From assembly GCF_009914755.1 (NCBI RefSeq), contig NC_060928.1: a stretch of 64,000 nt of DNA; one strand, 5' to 3'. Below the pieces are notes generated by a model. That model was not told the DNA's origin, did no database searches, and saw nothing but the letters and a program-made list of their open reading frames with translations. This stretch comes from the human T2T-CHM13v2.0 reference genome, Homo sapiens. Each line of letters starts with the position of its first letter. Position 1 is the first letter of the stretch. Made by a program: the position numbers and the translations under genes. Below are positions 26,832-40,008 of the stretch, piece by piece.

Positions 26832-28710
26832 CCATCAAGTGAATAGTTACCTCATCTCTACCTTCCAGCATGCATCTCATTCCTTAGAACCAGTCCTACA
26901 TTTTCAAATTCTTGATAGACATCTCTACCTGGATATTTTACCAGCCCTTCTAAGTCAGTATGTTTAAAAACTATCCTGAGATATTTAGTACAATCTACCT
27001 TGCATATTTCTATATATGTGGATGTCTTCTTTTCTCTGAAATGATCAATACTTTATAAGATATGAATCAAATTCAATTATGGGTGTCCTTCAATAGCAGG
27101 CACAATACTCTGCATTTCAAGTCAGTGAATTACTACAAGTTCAATATGCCCCTAAAAGATATATTATAGGGCAGAAATTGGGAGCTCACTTTACATGGAA
27201 AAGTTTGCCATAAGAGCCAGGACCTAAGAGATCCCTTTAAAGAAATGATCAATAAATTCTACTATTAATAATGATAGCCAGTATTTATTTTGCTAGGTTT
27301 ATATAACAACACACCTGCAAGGTTGATGTAATTGTACCCATTTTACACACAAAAACACTGTGGTTCAAAGATGCCAAGTCACTTGCTACAACTGCTGAGT
27401 TGCAGAATTGTTTTTCATTGTTGGTGTTTTGTTTTTTTTTTTCAAACCCTGACTGTTACAAAGCCCTATATCCATCATTTCACATAGTTACCCATTGTTT
27501 TGTTTTCGTGGTAAGACCATCTAAAACCTTCTCATTTAGCATGGATCCTGTATACAATATAATTTAATTACCTATAGTCCTCATGTTGTTCATTAGATCT
27601 CTCAACTTGTTCTAAAAAATTTCTGCTACTTTGCATCCTCTGACTTTTATATCCTCATTTCCTCCTAGCCTCTGATAGCCACTGTTTTTTTCTTTATCTC
27701 TGTACATTTCATTTTTTAAAAATTTTAGATGCCACTTATAAGTAAGATAATGCAGTATTTTTCCTTTCTGTGCCTGGCATATTTCATATGCCAGACATAT
27801 GAAATTTCATTATGTCATTATTCATATTTCATAATGACCTCCAGGCTTATTCATGTTCTTGCAAATAGCAACATCTTGTTCCTTTTTAGGGACAAATAAT
27901 ACTCCATTGTATATATGTACCATAATTTTGTTTCTTTACCCATTTGCCTACTGATGGACACTTAGATTGTTTCCATATTTTGGGTATTGTGAAAAATGCT
28001 GCAATGAACATTGGAGTGCAGATATCTTTACATTTCTTTGGATAAATATCCAGAAGAGGGATTGCTGGATAATATGTAGTTCTATTTTTAATTTCTTTAG
28101 AAATCTCCATATTATTTTTCAGAATGACTGTACCAATCTATATTCCCACAAACAGTGCACAAGAGTTTCCTTTTCTTCACATTCTTGCCAATATTTATTA
28201 TGTTTTGTCTTTCCCAGAACATTTTCGGATATCTGGAGTTTTTTATAATTCCATACAAACTTTAGGATTTTGTTTTATTTCTATGAAGAATGCCATTTGG
28301 ATTTTGATAGAGATTGCATTGAATCTGTATGTTGCTTTAACAATATTATTTTTTCTGATCCATGAACACAGGATATCATGCCATTTGTTTGTCTTCTTCA
28401 ATTCCTTTAATCAATGTTTTATAGTTTTCATTGTACAGATGTTTTACCTCCTTGGTTAAATTTATTTCTAGATATTTTATTTTTTTATTCTGTTGTAAAT
28501 GGGACTTCTTAAAAATTTCTTTCTCCCTTAGGTCATTACTTGCTTATAACAATGCTACTTATTTTTGTGTGTTTATTTTGTGTCCTGCAACTTCATTGGA
28601 TTCATTTATTAGTCTAACAGGATTTTTGTGGAATCTTTGGGGTTTTCTACATATAGAATCATCATAACATCTGTAAATAGTTACAATTTTATTTCTTCCT
28701 TTCTGATTTG

Positions 28711-29004
28711 TTTTTTATTTTTTTTGAGAAGGAGTCTCGCTCTGTTGCCCAGGCTGGAGTGCAGTGGCTGATCTTGGCTTACTGCAAGCTCTGCCTCCCG
28801 GGTTCACGCCATTCTCCTGCCTCAGCCTCCCGAGTAGCTGGGAATACAGGTGCCCACCACCAAGCCCGGCTGATTGTTTGTATTTTTAGTACAGACGGGG
28901 TTTCATCCTGTCAGCCAGGATGGTCTCGATCTCCTGATCTCGTGATCCGCCCGCCTCGGCCCCCAAAGTGCTGGGATTACAGGCATGAGCCACCGCGCCC
29001 GGCC
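28711..29004 (-). mobile_element. AluY
   Basis: Y-type 'gcaagctc..gggttcacgccattctcc' and 'gatggtctcgatctcc'; TSD tttctgatttgt at 28700-28711 and 29005-29016. Confidence 0.96.
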
Positions 29005-29051
29005 TTTCTGATTTGTATTACTTTTACTTATTTTATTGCTTTTGCTAGTAC

Positions 29052-29053
<2 letters not shown>

Positions 29054-29104
<51 letters not shown>

Positions 29105-29273
29105 AAAATATATATGAAAACATATATATATGTCTGTGTGCGCATATATATATATGTTTTGGTTTTATTTACATACACACATATATACACACATATATAC
29201 ACATATATACACATATATACACATATATATACACATATATATACACACATATATACACACACATATATATACT

Positions 29274-29331
<58 letters not shown>
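29054..29331. repeat. Compound (TA)n/(TACA)n/(CA)n microsatellite
   Basis: Directly visible. Confidence 0.97.
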
Positions 29332-29332
<1 letters not shown>

Positions 29333-29638
29333 TTTTTTTTTGAGACAGGGTCTCGCTCTGTCACCCAGGCTGGAGCGCGGTGGCACGACCTCATCTTACT
29401 GCAACACCTGCCTCCCTATTCAAGCAATTCTCATGCCTCAGCCTCCCAAGTAGCTGGGATTACAAGCATGTGCCACCATAACTGGCCATTATTATTATTA
29501 TTATTATTTTGATATTTTTTAGCAGAGACAGGGTTATGCCACGTTGGCCAGGCTGATCTCAAACTCCTGGTCAAGTGATCTACCTGCCTTGGCCTCCTAA
29601 AGTGCTAGGATTACAGGTGTGAGCCAATGCACCTGGCC
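29332..29638 (-). mobile_element. AluJ (Jb-like)
   Basis: 'gagacagggtctcgctctgtcacc'; linker converted to (ATT)n; TSD agtactt at 29047-29053 and 29639-29645. Confidence 0.93.
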
Positions 29639-32600
29639 AGTACTTGTAATATGTTAAATAGAAGTGGGCATCCTTGCCTTGTACTGAATCTTGGTACAAG
29701 GTCAAGATTTTAGTGTTTCCCCATTGATTATAAAATTTAACTGTGGGCTTTTCATAAATGACCTTTATTATGTTAAGGAATTTTTCTTCTATACTTAACT
29801 GTTGAGACATTTTATCAAGAAAAGATGTTAAACTATGTCAAATGCTTTTTCTATTTAAACTGAGATACTCATGTACTTTTAATATTTTATTCTGTTAATA
29901 TGGTGTATTACCTTGATTGATTTGCCTATGTTAAACCAGCCTTGCATGACAGAAACAAATCTCATTTCTCCATTTTGTCATGATACATAATCTTTTTAAT
30001 ATGTTGTTGGATTCAGTTTGCTAATATTCGATATTTTATTGAAGATATTTGCATCGATATTCATCAGAAAAAATAGCCTATAGTTTTTGTTCTTGTGATG
30101 TCTTTATTTAGCTTAGATATCAAGGTAATACTAGTCTCATAAAATGTGTTTGGAAGTATGTTCTCTAGTTCTATTTTTCATAATAGTTCAGGAAGTATTA
30201 ATATTAATTCTTTTTTGAGTGGTAAAATTCTGCTGTAAAGCCATCTTGTCCTGGGCTTTCCTTTGTTGGAATTATTTTAATTACTTCTTCAATATCTATT
30301 TGTTATTGGTCTGTTCACACTTTCTATTTCTTCCTGACTCAGTCTTGGTAGATTGCATTTTTTTTTTAAGGAATTTATCCATTTTTCTCTAGGTTATCCA
30401 ATTGTTGGCATTTAATTGTACTTAATAGTTTCTTATGACCCATTTTATTTCTGAGGCATCTGTTGTAAATTTCTCCACTTTCACCTTTTATTTTATTTGA
30501 ATCTTCGCTCTTTTCTCTTAGACTAGCTAAGAGCTTATCAATTTCATCTTTTCATAAAACCACCTCTTAGTTTTATTGATACTTTCTATCATTTTTTGGC
30601 TCTCTATTTTATTTATTTCTGTTCTGATTTTTATTATTTTCTTCCTTCTGCTAATTTTGGTTTAGCTTGTTCTTCTTTTTCTAGTTCCTTGAGGTGTGTT
30701 GTTGACTATGTAGCTGAGATCTATCTTCTTTTTAAATGTGGGCACTTATCACTATAAATTCTCCAGTTGGAGCTTTTTTTGGTGCATTCTGTAGGTTTTG
30801 GCACTTTGTGTTTCCACTGTCATTTGTCTCAAAATATTTTTAAAATTTCCTTTTGATGTCTTCTTTGATCCATTGATTATTTAAGAGTACGTTGTTCAAG
30901 TTTTGCTTATCTGTGAATTTACCAAGATTTCTCCTTTTATTGGTTTTTAGTTTTATATCATTTTGGTCTGAAACAATGGTAGACATCATTTCAATCTTCT
31001 TAAATTTGTTAAGACTTGTTTTGTGGCCAGAATGTGATCTGTCCTGGAGAATATTTAATGTGCGCTGGAGAAAAATGTGCACTCTATTGTTGTTGAATGG
31101 AAAATTCTATTTATGTCTGTTAGGTCCCTTTTGTCAAAAGCGCAAATCAAGTCAAGCATTTTCTTATTAATAGTGTGTCTGTTTTATCTATTGTTTAAGG
31201 TGAGGTATTGAAATATCTTACTATTATTGCTATCTGCTCTTTCTCCTTTCATTTCCATTAACATTTGATTGTGTATTTAGGTGCTCCAATGTTGATTGCA
31301 TATATATTTATAATGGTTATGTCTTCTTGATGAATTCATCCTTTTACATTAAATAATGACCTCTGACTTTTATGACGGTGTTTGACTTGAATTCTATTTT
31401 ATCAGACATAGATGTAGCCACTCCTGCTCTCTTTTAGTTACCATTTACATAACATACTTTCTTCTATCCTTTTACTTTCAGCCTATGTATTCTTAAAGCT
31501 TAAGTGAGTCTCTTGCAGGCAGGCCACTCTGTGTCTTTTGACTGGAAAATTTAATCCATTTACATTCAAGGCTATATTGATAGTTAAGTACTATTATTAC
31601 CATTTTATTATCTGTTTTCCAGTTGTTTTGTGGGTTCTTTGTTCCTTTCTTTTTTATTTCTTGTTGTCTGCCTTTGTGATTTGATAGTTGTCTGTAATGC
31701 TAAGCTTTGATTTCTTTTGCTTTATCATTTGTATATCTGCTGTAGATGTTTACGTAAAACATCTTATAGATATAATCTACTATTTTTAGCTGATGACAAC
31801 TTAACTTCTGTTGCATACAAAAACCTCCAGACTTTTACTTTTCCATCATTTATGATTTTGATGCTAGAATTTATAGCTTTTTAGATTGTGTGCTCCTTAA
31901 CAAATATTTTGTAGCTTTAGTTACATTTTACCATTTTGACTTTTAACCTTCATAGTAGAAATAAGTGTGATTTACACAGCACCGTTACAGTATTAAAATA
32001 CTCTGGATTTGACTATGTATTTGCCTCTACCAGTTTTATACTTTCATATGTATTTATGATAGTAATGATCAAAATTTCGTTTCCACTTGAAAAACTCGGA
32101 TTCTTGTAAGGCAGGTCTAGTGGTAATGAATTCCCTCAACTTTAGTTTGTCTGTGAAAGACCTTATTTCTCATTCATTTCTGAAGGACAGCTTTGATGGT
32201 TATTAAATTTTTGGCTGACTTTTTTTTCATTCAGCATTTTGAATATATTGTCTTATTCTTTCCTGATCTGAAGGTTTCCCCTGAAAATATTTTGATAGTC
32301 TAATGTGTAACACGATGCTTTACTTTTATTGTTTTAAAAATTCTCTTTTTGTCTTTGACCTTGACAGTTTGATTATAATGTGCCTCATGGAGGATGTCTT
32401 TGGGTTGAGTCTATATGGAGACTTTTGAGTTTCATGGATCTAGATGTCCATATCTCTCCTCACACTTGGGAAGTTTTCAGCAAATATTTTTTAAAATAAG
32501 CTTTATGTTCCTTTCTCTGTCCTGTCTTTCTCTGGAAGTTTCATAATGTGAATATTTGTTCACTTAATGATGTTTCAGAAGTCCTGTAGGCTATCTTCAT

Positions 32601-35600
32601 CCTTTCTTATTCTTTATTCTTCTTTTTCCTCTGAGTTATTTTGAAAGAACTACCTTCAATCACAGCTGCTATATTCCTACTTAATGTGGTTCATTATTGA
32701 TTATTTCAATTGTATTATTTCATTAATTAAAATCTTAAGTTCCAAGATTTCTGTTTAGTTCTTTCTTTGTGTGATATCTATCTCTTTGTTGAATTTCTCA
32801 TTCTGATCACGAAGTTCCCTTCATTTTATTCAATTGCCTGTTTGAATTCTTTTGTATCTTTCTGAGTCTGCTTAATATCATATTTTGAATTTCTTTTCAG
32901 GCAATTTATAAATGTCCACTTCTTTGGGGGCAGTTACTGAAGAATTTTTGCATTTTTTCTGTGGCATCATGTTTTCTTGCTTTTTCCTGTTTCTTGTGTT
33001 CTTGCATAGACATCTGTGCTTCTGGTGGCACAGTCACCTCTTCCAGATTTTACAGAGTGGTTTTGTAAGGGAACACTTTTACCTGCAGATGGGCCTGAGG
33101 ATGATGATTGGGCATGGTGGGGTGGCTCTAATTACATGCAGAAACAGCGGTGTGGTCTCTGTGCAGCTTCTTTTGTTGTGATCAGTATTAGTGATGACTG
33201 TGGGTACCTCAGTTAAAAGCATTAGGAATCCTCCTGTTCTTGTCTTCCTGACAGTGGGGCATCTTAGCTAAGGTGATCTTTCTTGGTGTTAGGTCTAACA
33301 TGGCTCACAGGCAGCCACTGTGGCACTAGAATCCAGGGCATAAGGGGAAAGTGCTTGGAGCAGCTGTGGAGCCAGGTTTATGGGCTCAGGTAGAGCCAGG
33401 TTTATAGGCCTAGGGTCTTGCAAAACTACTGTACTGACTAGGATATAAGGTCCAAATTTACTATTCAAAGCATGAGTGAATGTCATTCTTCCATTCAGCA
33501 ATCCAGCAATTTGGGCCCAGGAGGCTGGAATGTAGCCATGATTCTTATTCTGGGGGAAAGGGGACAGCACTGGTACAGCTCTGGGGAAGAAGAGCTGCTC
33601 TGGAGGCTCAGACTCCATGAAGCAGGGCACAGTTGGAATTCAGTACATGGAACTAATAGGACGCAGCAGCAGCTCAGGCTCCAGGGGTGAGGTACCACAC
33701 AGTGTTGACTCTGGTCCTTGGAATGATGTGACACAGTGGTAGCCCAGGCTCTGGGAGTTCAGGTGCAGCAGCAACAAGGCCCCAGTAATGGCAAAATGCC
33801 TCTGTGGTTTGGGCCCTGGAGAGCAAGGAACACTGCAGTGATGACTGTACTCCCTGGAGAGGCAGAGTACCTCAGCAGCGCAAGTGCCGGGGATAGTACA
33901 GTTCCAGTAGGTAGGGTGCTGTGGCTGTTCAGCTAGAAGGGCAGGGTGACACAGCTCAGCCAAGACTCTAATTCCCTGGAGTGCAAGGCACTGCATCTTC
34001 TCAGCCTCAGAAAACAGGGCTACCTAAGCTACTGGATCCCTAGGCATGGAATCATGGTAGCTGTGATGTTGAGAGATGCAATTGCTCTGATGTGCCAGAG
34101 GCTTGAAGCCCCTGGGCAGATAAAGTGCTACCTTATCCGTGTCATGGGAGTGGTAACTGCCCCAGTGTGGAGGAGGCCTGAAATCCTGAGACAGGGAGAA
34201 TCATGTCTGCTCTGTGGTTGAGGGCATGACTGCTCTGGTGTGTCAGAGGCCTGAGGTCCCTGGGGAGTAGAGTGCTGCTTCCACTGTGGTATGGAGGGCA
34301 TGGCTGCCCTAGTACTTCAAGGTTTTGTGTCCCCAAGGTCAGGGAACCACTTCAGTTTGATCCTAAAGGGAAGATATACCAGCAACTGGGATGGAGGGAT
34401 GGTGTGGCTGTGTGGTAGCTTGGCACTAGTGAGTAGGACATATCAGCAGCTCTTCTTGGGGATGGCATGCTACTGGGTAGGCACGGTGCAGTGGAAGGAT
34501 GCAATGGCCACTTGACCCCAAAGCAGAACACACTCTTGCAGTGGCTTTTGCTAGAAGATAGCACAGAGCAGCAGCAGCAGCACTGGCCACAGGGGTTAGG
34601 TACAGTGTCAGCTCCTTCTCTGGAAGGAGAAGTCTATGGAGTCTGAGAGTTCCCTCAGCTGGGCTTAGAGACTGTGAGGACTTCAGAAGTCTCCAGTAGC
34701 AAAGACTGCAGGTGCAGGGTTGATGGGGGGCACTGGGGTCTGTTTGCTTACATTTTCTCCACAGGGAAAAGCCCCTCCTGATTCCAAGCTGATCTCCACT
34801 AGAGAGATGGGGTGACAAAGGCAAGATGTTTCCGTCTCTTCTCTACATGGCCACGTTTAGTTTCCTTTACAGAATTTCTGCTGCATCTTTGCTGTTGCTC
34901 AGTGTTCTCCTTTAGTTATTTCGGTCAAAATGTAGTTGTTTATTTGTTATTTTGGGGCCTTTCTATGTGTGTGAGGGGAAAAGGGCACTAGGAGTTTCTA
35001 GTCAACCATCTTGCTGATGTCACTCTCCAGCATTTCCATTTTCCTAGGATGCCACACCTTACCCAGCCATTCTCACAAACTTAAGTTCTGAGGGAATATA
35101 GTTCAATTAAGGTTAAATCATTTATGTTGTATTTTAATAATGAATATCTGTGTTCTCCTCCAGCATGAAATTAAACAGTTGTATTTTTGGTTCTCTGTGT
35201 TTATAATTTCTGAACCTATCAATGGTCATTTCCTGTATAAATCAAAAAATGTATTTTGGTATTGGATATAAATTGACAGCTGATGCCTTAAGAGGCAGCT
35301 GGAAATTTTCTGTAAGATTTTCATTAGTCAGAGTTACTCTTATACCCACAGGAAGAACATTCAGTTGATAACCCATATAATCCACATGAAGTGTTTGTAG
35401 ATTGCTCATCATTTGTGGTTTAGAGGAAAGATGGCATGCCACATCCCACATGGAATAAGGATGTTTAGGCAAGAAAATACATCAGACTCTTTCAAGCTAC
35501 ATTGTTTATGTGGCCTTCATAAGAAGCTGACTGAAATTAACTACAAGTTCCAAAAAATGTTGATAAACACCTTATGAAATGACACACACATGAAATTAGG

Positions 35601-35649
35601 TGACGTCAAGAGAATGATCATTTATGTACTTTGAAACATGCTTTTAGAG

Positions 35650-35870
35650 TAGTACTGTCTAGCTGAAACATAATAAGATGTGCATGTTTAATTTTAAATT
35701 TACTAGTAGCTACACTATTAAAAAGAGAAACAATGTGAAGTTACTTTTAATCATCTAGTTAATTTAACCCAGTATATCTGAAATGTTATCATTTAACATG
35801 TAATCAATATAAACTTCTTAATAAGATAGTTTACATTTTTTTCATACTGGATCTTCAAAATCTATTCTAT
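35650..35870. mobile_element. MER33-like hAT-Charlie fragment
   Basis: 'atttaacccagtatatctgaaatgttatcatttaacatgtaatcaatataaa'. Confidence 0.7.
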
Positions 35871-36284
35871 TGTTTTCCCATGCTGAGAAAAATGACTGCC
35901 TGCAGTCTCTAAGCTTATTCTTGCCCTAACAATTCTCTTCAGCTTTGGATCTCTGTGGGGTTGCTCTAGGTTCCACAAGTCACACAAGCAGCATCTTCAC
36001 TCAGAAGCCAAGCAGCATGAAAATTTGATCCACTGGATGATCAAATTCATTCTGGGCCCAATGTTACATTTTATTAACACACTAAATGTTGTCATGATAT
36101 GCTTCCTGACAGGAGTTTTTAAAGTGTTAGAAGAACTATTAACCAAAACCTCTGCTCCACCCCAGCTTTACCTGAAGATTAAGTATGGTTAGTCAAAACC
36201 TGACAGAAACAACCATCATCATATCCAAACCAAGTGAAAAATTTTATTTCAGTAAAAAGTGGTGGGTTTTATCTTATTCATAAC

Positions 36285-37290
36285 TGTCTTAGTCCATTCA
36301 GGGTGCTATAGCAAAATACCATAAACTGGGTTATTTATAAATTACAGAAATGTATTTCTGCAGTTCTCAAGGCTGAGAAGTCCAAGATTAAGATGCTAGC
36401 AAATTTGGTGTCTGGTGAGATCACCAAATTCTGGGTTCATAGATGATGCTCTTTATTCTGTCCTCGCATGATGTAAGAGGTGAGGAATCTATCTTGGGCC
36501 TCTTTTATAAGGACACTAATTCCATTCATGAGGACTCTGCCATTTATAACCTAATCACCTCCCAAAAGCACCACCTCCTAATACCATCACTTTGGGGGTT
36601 GGGATTTCAACATATGAATTTTGGGGGTACAAAAATATCCCGACTATAGCCTTCTACCCCTGGAACCCCAAAGTTCATTTTATTTTCACGTGTGAGAGAG
36701 ATTTATTTTATCCCAATAGCCCCGACAGTTTTAAGTGACACCAGCATCAACTCAAAAATTTAAAGTCTCATATAAATATCATCTAAATCTGATATGGGTA
36801 ATATTCAAGATAGAATTCATCCTAAGGCAAATAGCTCCCCAGCTCTGAACCTGTGAATTCAAACATGTTATGTGCTTCCAAAATACAACTGTGGGACAGG
36901 GCATAGGACAGAAATTCCCATCCAAAAGGGAGAGACATGAAAAAAAGAAAGAAAGAAATGACATCTCCCAGGCAGGTCTAAAATCCAACAGCACATGCAA
37001 CATTAAATCTTGAGGCTTCAGAATAATCTTCTTTGATCCAATACTCTACCCTCTATACTCATTGGGACAGAGGTCTCACGTTCTGGACCCACTGAGTGGA
37101 AGTTCTGTTCCTGCAGCTTTTCTGTGCAAGGTTGGGCCCCCATGGGTTTGGGAGGCTCTTCCCCACAGCTGTGAGACATGCCTCAGCTTTCATGGATTGG
37201 AGTTATATGCCTGCAGCTCTCTCAAGCTGGAATTACATACTGGTGGATCTGCTTGTCTGGGGTCATGAAGGCAACCCCACTCCAACGACT
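36285..37290 (-). mobile_element. MLT1A0 3' LTR (36285-36651) with adjoining MaLR internal sequence
   Basis: tgtcttagtccattcaggg...gactatagc; polypurine tract (minus-strand aggggtagaa) abuts the LTR, then MaLR-internal-like sequence. Confidence 0.85.
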
Positions 37291-37579
37291 CAGCTTTTCA
37301 CTGAATGAGATGGTACTTTGGGGAAGATATGAGATAATTCATTGCATCAGGACCTGAGATGGTGTGTAGGAAGACTTCTCCAGGGATGCTGACCAAGGTC
37401 CATTTCCTCTTTTCCCTACCAATCCTGAAAGAATAACACTCTTTATGCTTGTCATTACATTGTTAGTCATGACACACAGAGAGTAGTTACAATGAGCCAT
37501 GGGAAATGACGCATTCACTTCTTTGATGGAGGCACTTCTGCCTTTCTAGTCCCACTTCCTGCAGTGTCCAACTCTTACT

Positions 37580-37960
37580 GCATGTAGTGATAGAACTAAA
37601 TGACCTCTATTTTATCAGAAATGCCACACCTTTCTAGCTATATGCACCTTTGCATGCAGTTCCCTACACCTTTATTTTTTCTCATTTGAATAATTTTCTT
37701 TCATAATTCTAGACAAATTTTAGTTGCCCTCTGTACTAGGTAGCTTTCCCTCTGTTAAATGACCCTGCTAAGTTAACTAATATAAATGCCTTTTGTTATA
37801 GTTGCCATAGTAACTTTAAATTTACTGTGTGCTCATCTGCCTTTAGATTGTAAGTTTCTAAAGAGCACAGATCATATTTTTATTTGCTTTTGTACTCCAG
37901 AAATTAAAATAGTGCCTAACACATAGTTTATGCTCAATACATACTTTTTGATCTGAACTA
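37580..37960 (+). mobile_element. L2 3' fragment
   Basis: 'tagattgtaagtttct..agtgcctaacacatag..tgctcaataca'. Confidence 0.7.
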
Positions 37961-38174
37961 AACCACTAGTCCTGATATGTAACTTGTCTCTCAGCTTTAG
38001 AATTCCACCTTAAATTGCAACTTCTGAGAAGCAGAAAGGACATTGTCTGGTAGATGGCTCAGGGCCAACCAAAATATTTAACTCTGTGGTAATTATAATG
38101 CTGAAAACACAGCACATAATTTCCATAGGTTTTTTTTTTTTACTTTATTCATCCGCTTGAAAAATGCATATTGA

Positions 38175-38978
38175 AGAACATAGGGGAAAACTTCAATGGC
38201 ATTGGTCTGGGCAAAGTTTTTTGGATATGATCTCAAAAGCACAGGCAACAAAAGCAAAATAGACAAATGGGATTATATCAAACTAAAAACTTCTGCACAG
38301 AACACACATACATACACACACACAAACACATATATACACACACACACCCACTTCAGAGTGAAGAGACCACTTATAGAATGGAAGAAAATATTTGTAAACC
38401 ACACATCTAGTAAGGGGTTAATATTCTTTCAGTGACACAATGGGCTGACTATTGTTAACAATAATTTATTGTATATTTCAAAATAAATAAGAGTGGAATT
38501 GGAATGTTCGTAACACAAAGAAATGTTAAATGCTTGATGTGATGAATATCCCAGTTACCCCGATTTGATCATTATGTATTGTATGTTTGGGTCAGAATTT
38601 CACATGTACCTCCAAAACATGTACAACTATTATGTGACCATAATAATTAAAAATAAAGCAACTTGATAGCAAGAAAAAAAAATCCCATTTAAACATGGGC
38701 ATAAGACCTGAATAGACATTTCTCCAAAGAAGATATACAGATGCCCAACAGGTATATGGAAAAATGCTCAACATCACTAATCACCAGGGAAACATAAATT
38801 AAAGTCACAATGGGATATCACCTCATACCCGTAGGAATGGCTCTTGTCAAAAAGAGAAAGACAAATGTTGGTGGGGATAAAAAGAAAAGGGAACTGTCGC
38901 GTACTGTTGGTGGGAATGTAAATTAGTACAGCCATTTTGAAAAACAGTATGGGGTTTTCTTTAAAAACTCAAAATAGA
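38175..38978 (+). mobile_element. Older L1 (L1MA-type) ORF2 3' region, left half, with a nested L1MA 3'-end fragment at ~38430-38660 and a (CA)n tract at 38302-38347
   Basis: Peptide KSKIDKWDYIKLKT; L1 sequence runs to 'ttaaaaactcaaaataga', where the L1PA starts. Confidence 0.85.
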
Positions 38979-39153
38979 GGGGTCGCTTCCAAGATGGCCA
39001 AATAGGAAGAGCTCTGGTCTGCAGCTCCCAGCAAGATCATCGCAGAAGATGGGTGATTTCTGCATTTCCAACTGAAGTACCTGGTTCATCTCATTGGGAC
39101 TGGCTGGACAGTGGGTGCAGCCCACAAAGAGTGAGCTGAAGCAGGGTGGGGCA

Positions 39154-39417
39154 TCATCTCACCCAGGAAGTGCAAGGGATCAGGGGATTTCCCTTTCCTA
39201 TCCAAGAGAAGCCATGACAGACTGTACCTGGAGAAATGGTACACTCCTGACCAAATACTGCACTTTCCCACAGTCTTAGCAACAAGCAGACCAGGAGATA
39301 CCCTCCTGTGCCTGACTCGGCAGGTCCCATGCCCATGAAGCCTTGCTCACTGCTAGCACAGCAGTCTGAAATCAACCTGCGAGGCTGCAGCTTGACAGGG
39401 GGAGGGGCATCCGCCAT
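39154..39417 (-). pseudogene. ORF0: L1 antisense ORF0 homologue, frameshifted near codon 51
   Basis: MADAPPP..LISDCCAS..GP.E.G matches the primate L1 ORF0 N-terminus; the rest of the homology continues in the 39086-39271 frame. Confidence 0.8.
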
Positions 39418-40008
39418 TGCTGACGCTTCAGTAGCTCACAGTGTAAACAAAGAGGCCAGGAAGCACAAACTTGGCAGAGCTCACCACAACTCAGTAAGGC
39501 TTACTGCCTCTATAGAGGCACTTGTAGGGGCAGGGCATAGTAGAAAAAAGGACAGCAGACAGCTTCTACAGACTTAAATGTCCCTGTCTGACAGCTCTGA
39601 AGAGAGCAGTGGTTCTCTCAGCATGGCATTTGAGCTCCAAAAACAGACAGACTGCCTCCTCAAGCAGGTCCCTGAACCCCGTGTAGCCTGACTGGGAATC
39701 ACCTCTCCAATAGGAGTCAACAGACACCTCAAACAGGCAGGTGTCCCTCTGGGACAAAACTTCCAGACGAAGGATCAGGCAGCAATATTTGCTGTTCTGC
39801 AGCCTCTGCTGGTGATACCCAGGCAAACAGGGTCTGGAGTGGACCTCCAGCAAACTTCAACAGACCTGCAGCTGAGGGGTCTGACTGTTAGAAGGAAAAC
39901 TAACAAACAGAAAGGAATAGAATCGATATCAATAAAAAGGACATCCACACCAAAACCCCATCTCTAGGTCACCAACATCAAAGACCAAAGGTAGATAAAA
40001 CCACAAAG

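Larger units (their letters stand above)
27468..35027 (-). mobile_element. Old near-full-length L1MA (L1MA8/9-like), internally deleted, carrying two Alu insertions
   Basis: L1 5' start 'gagtgacatcagcaagatgg' on minus at ~35025; GC-richer 5' region ~33000-35000; ORF2 remnants ([36 protein letters not shown]); 3' UTR ~27470-27850; sequence jump near 28200. Confidence 0.85.

Noticed and set aside
28708-29512. 211-aa and other long ORFs
   Set aside because: Read through Alu and TA/CA microsatellite; low-complexity artefacts.
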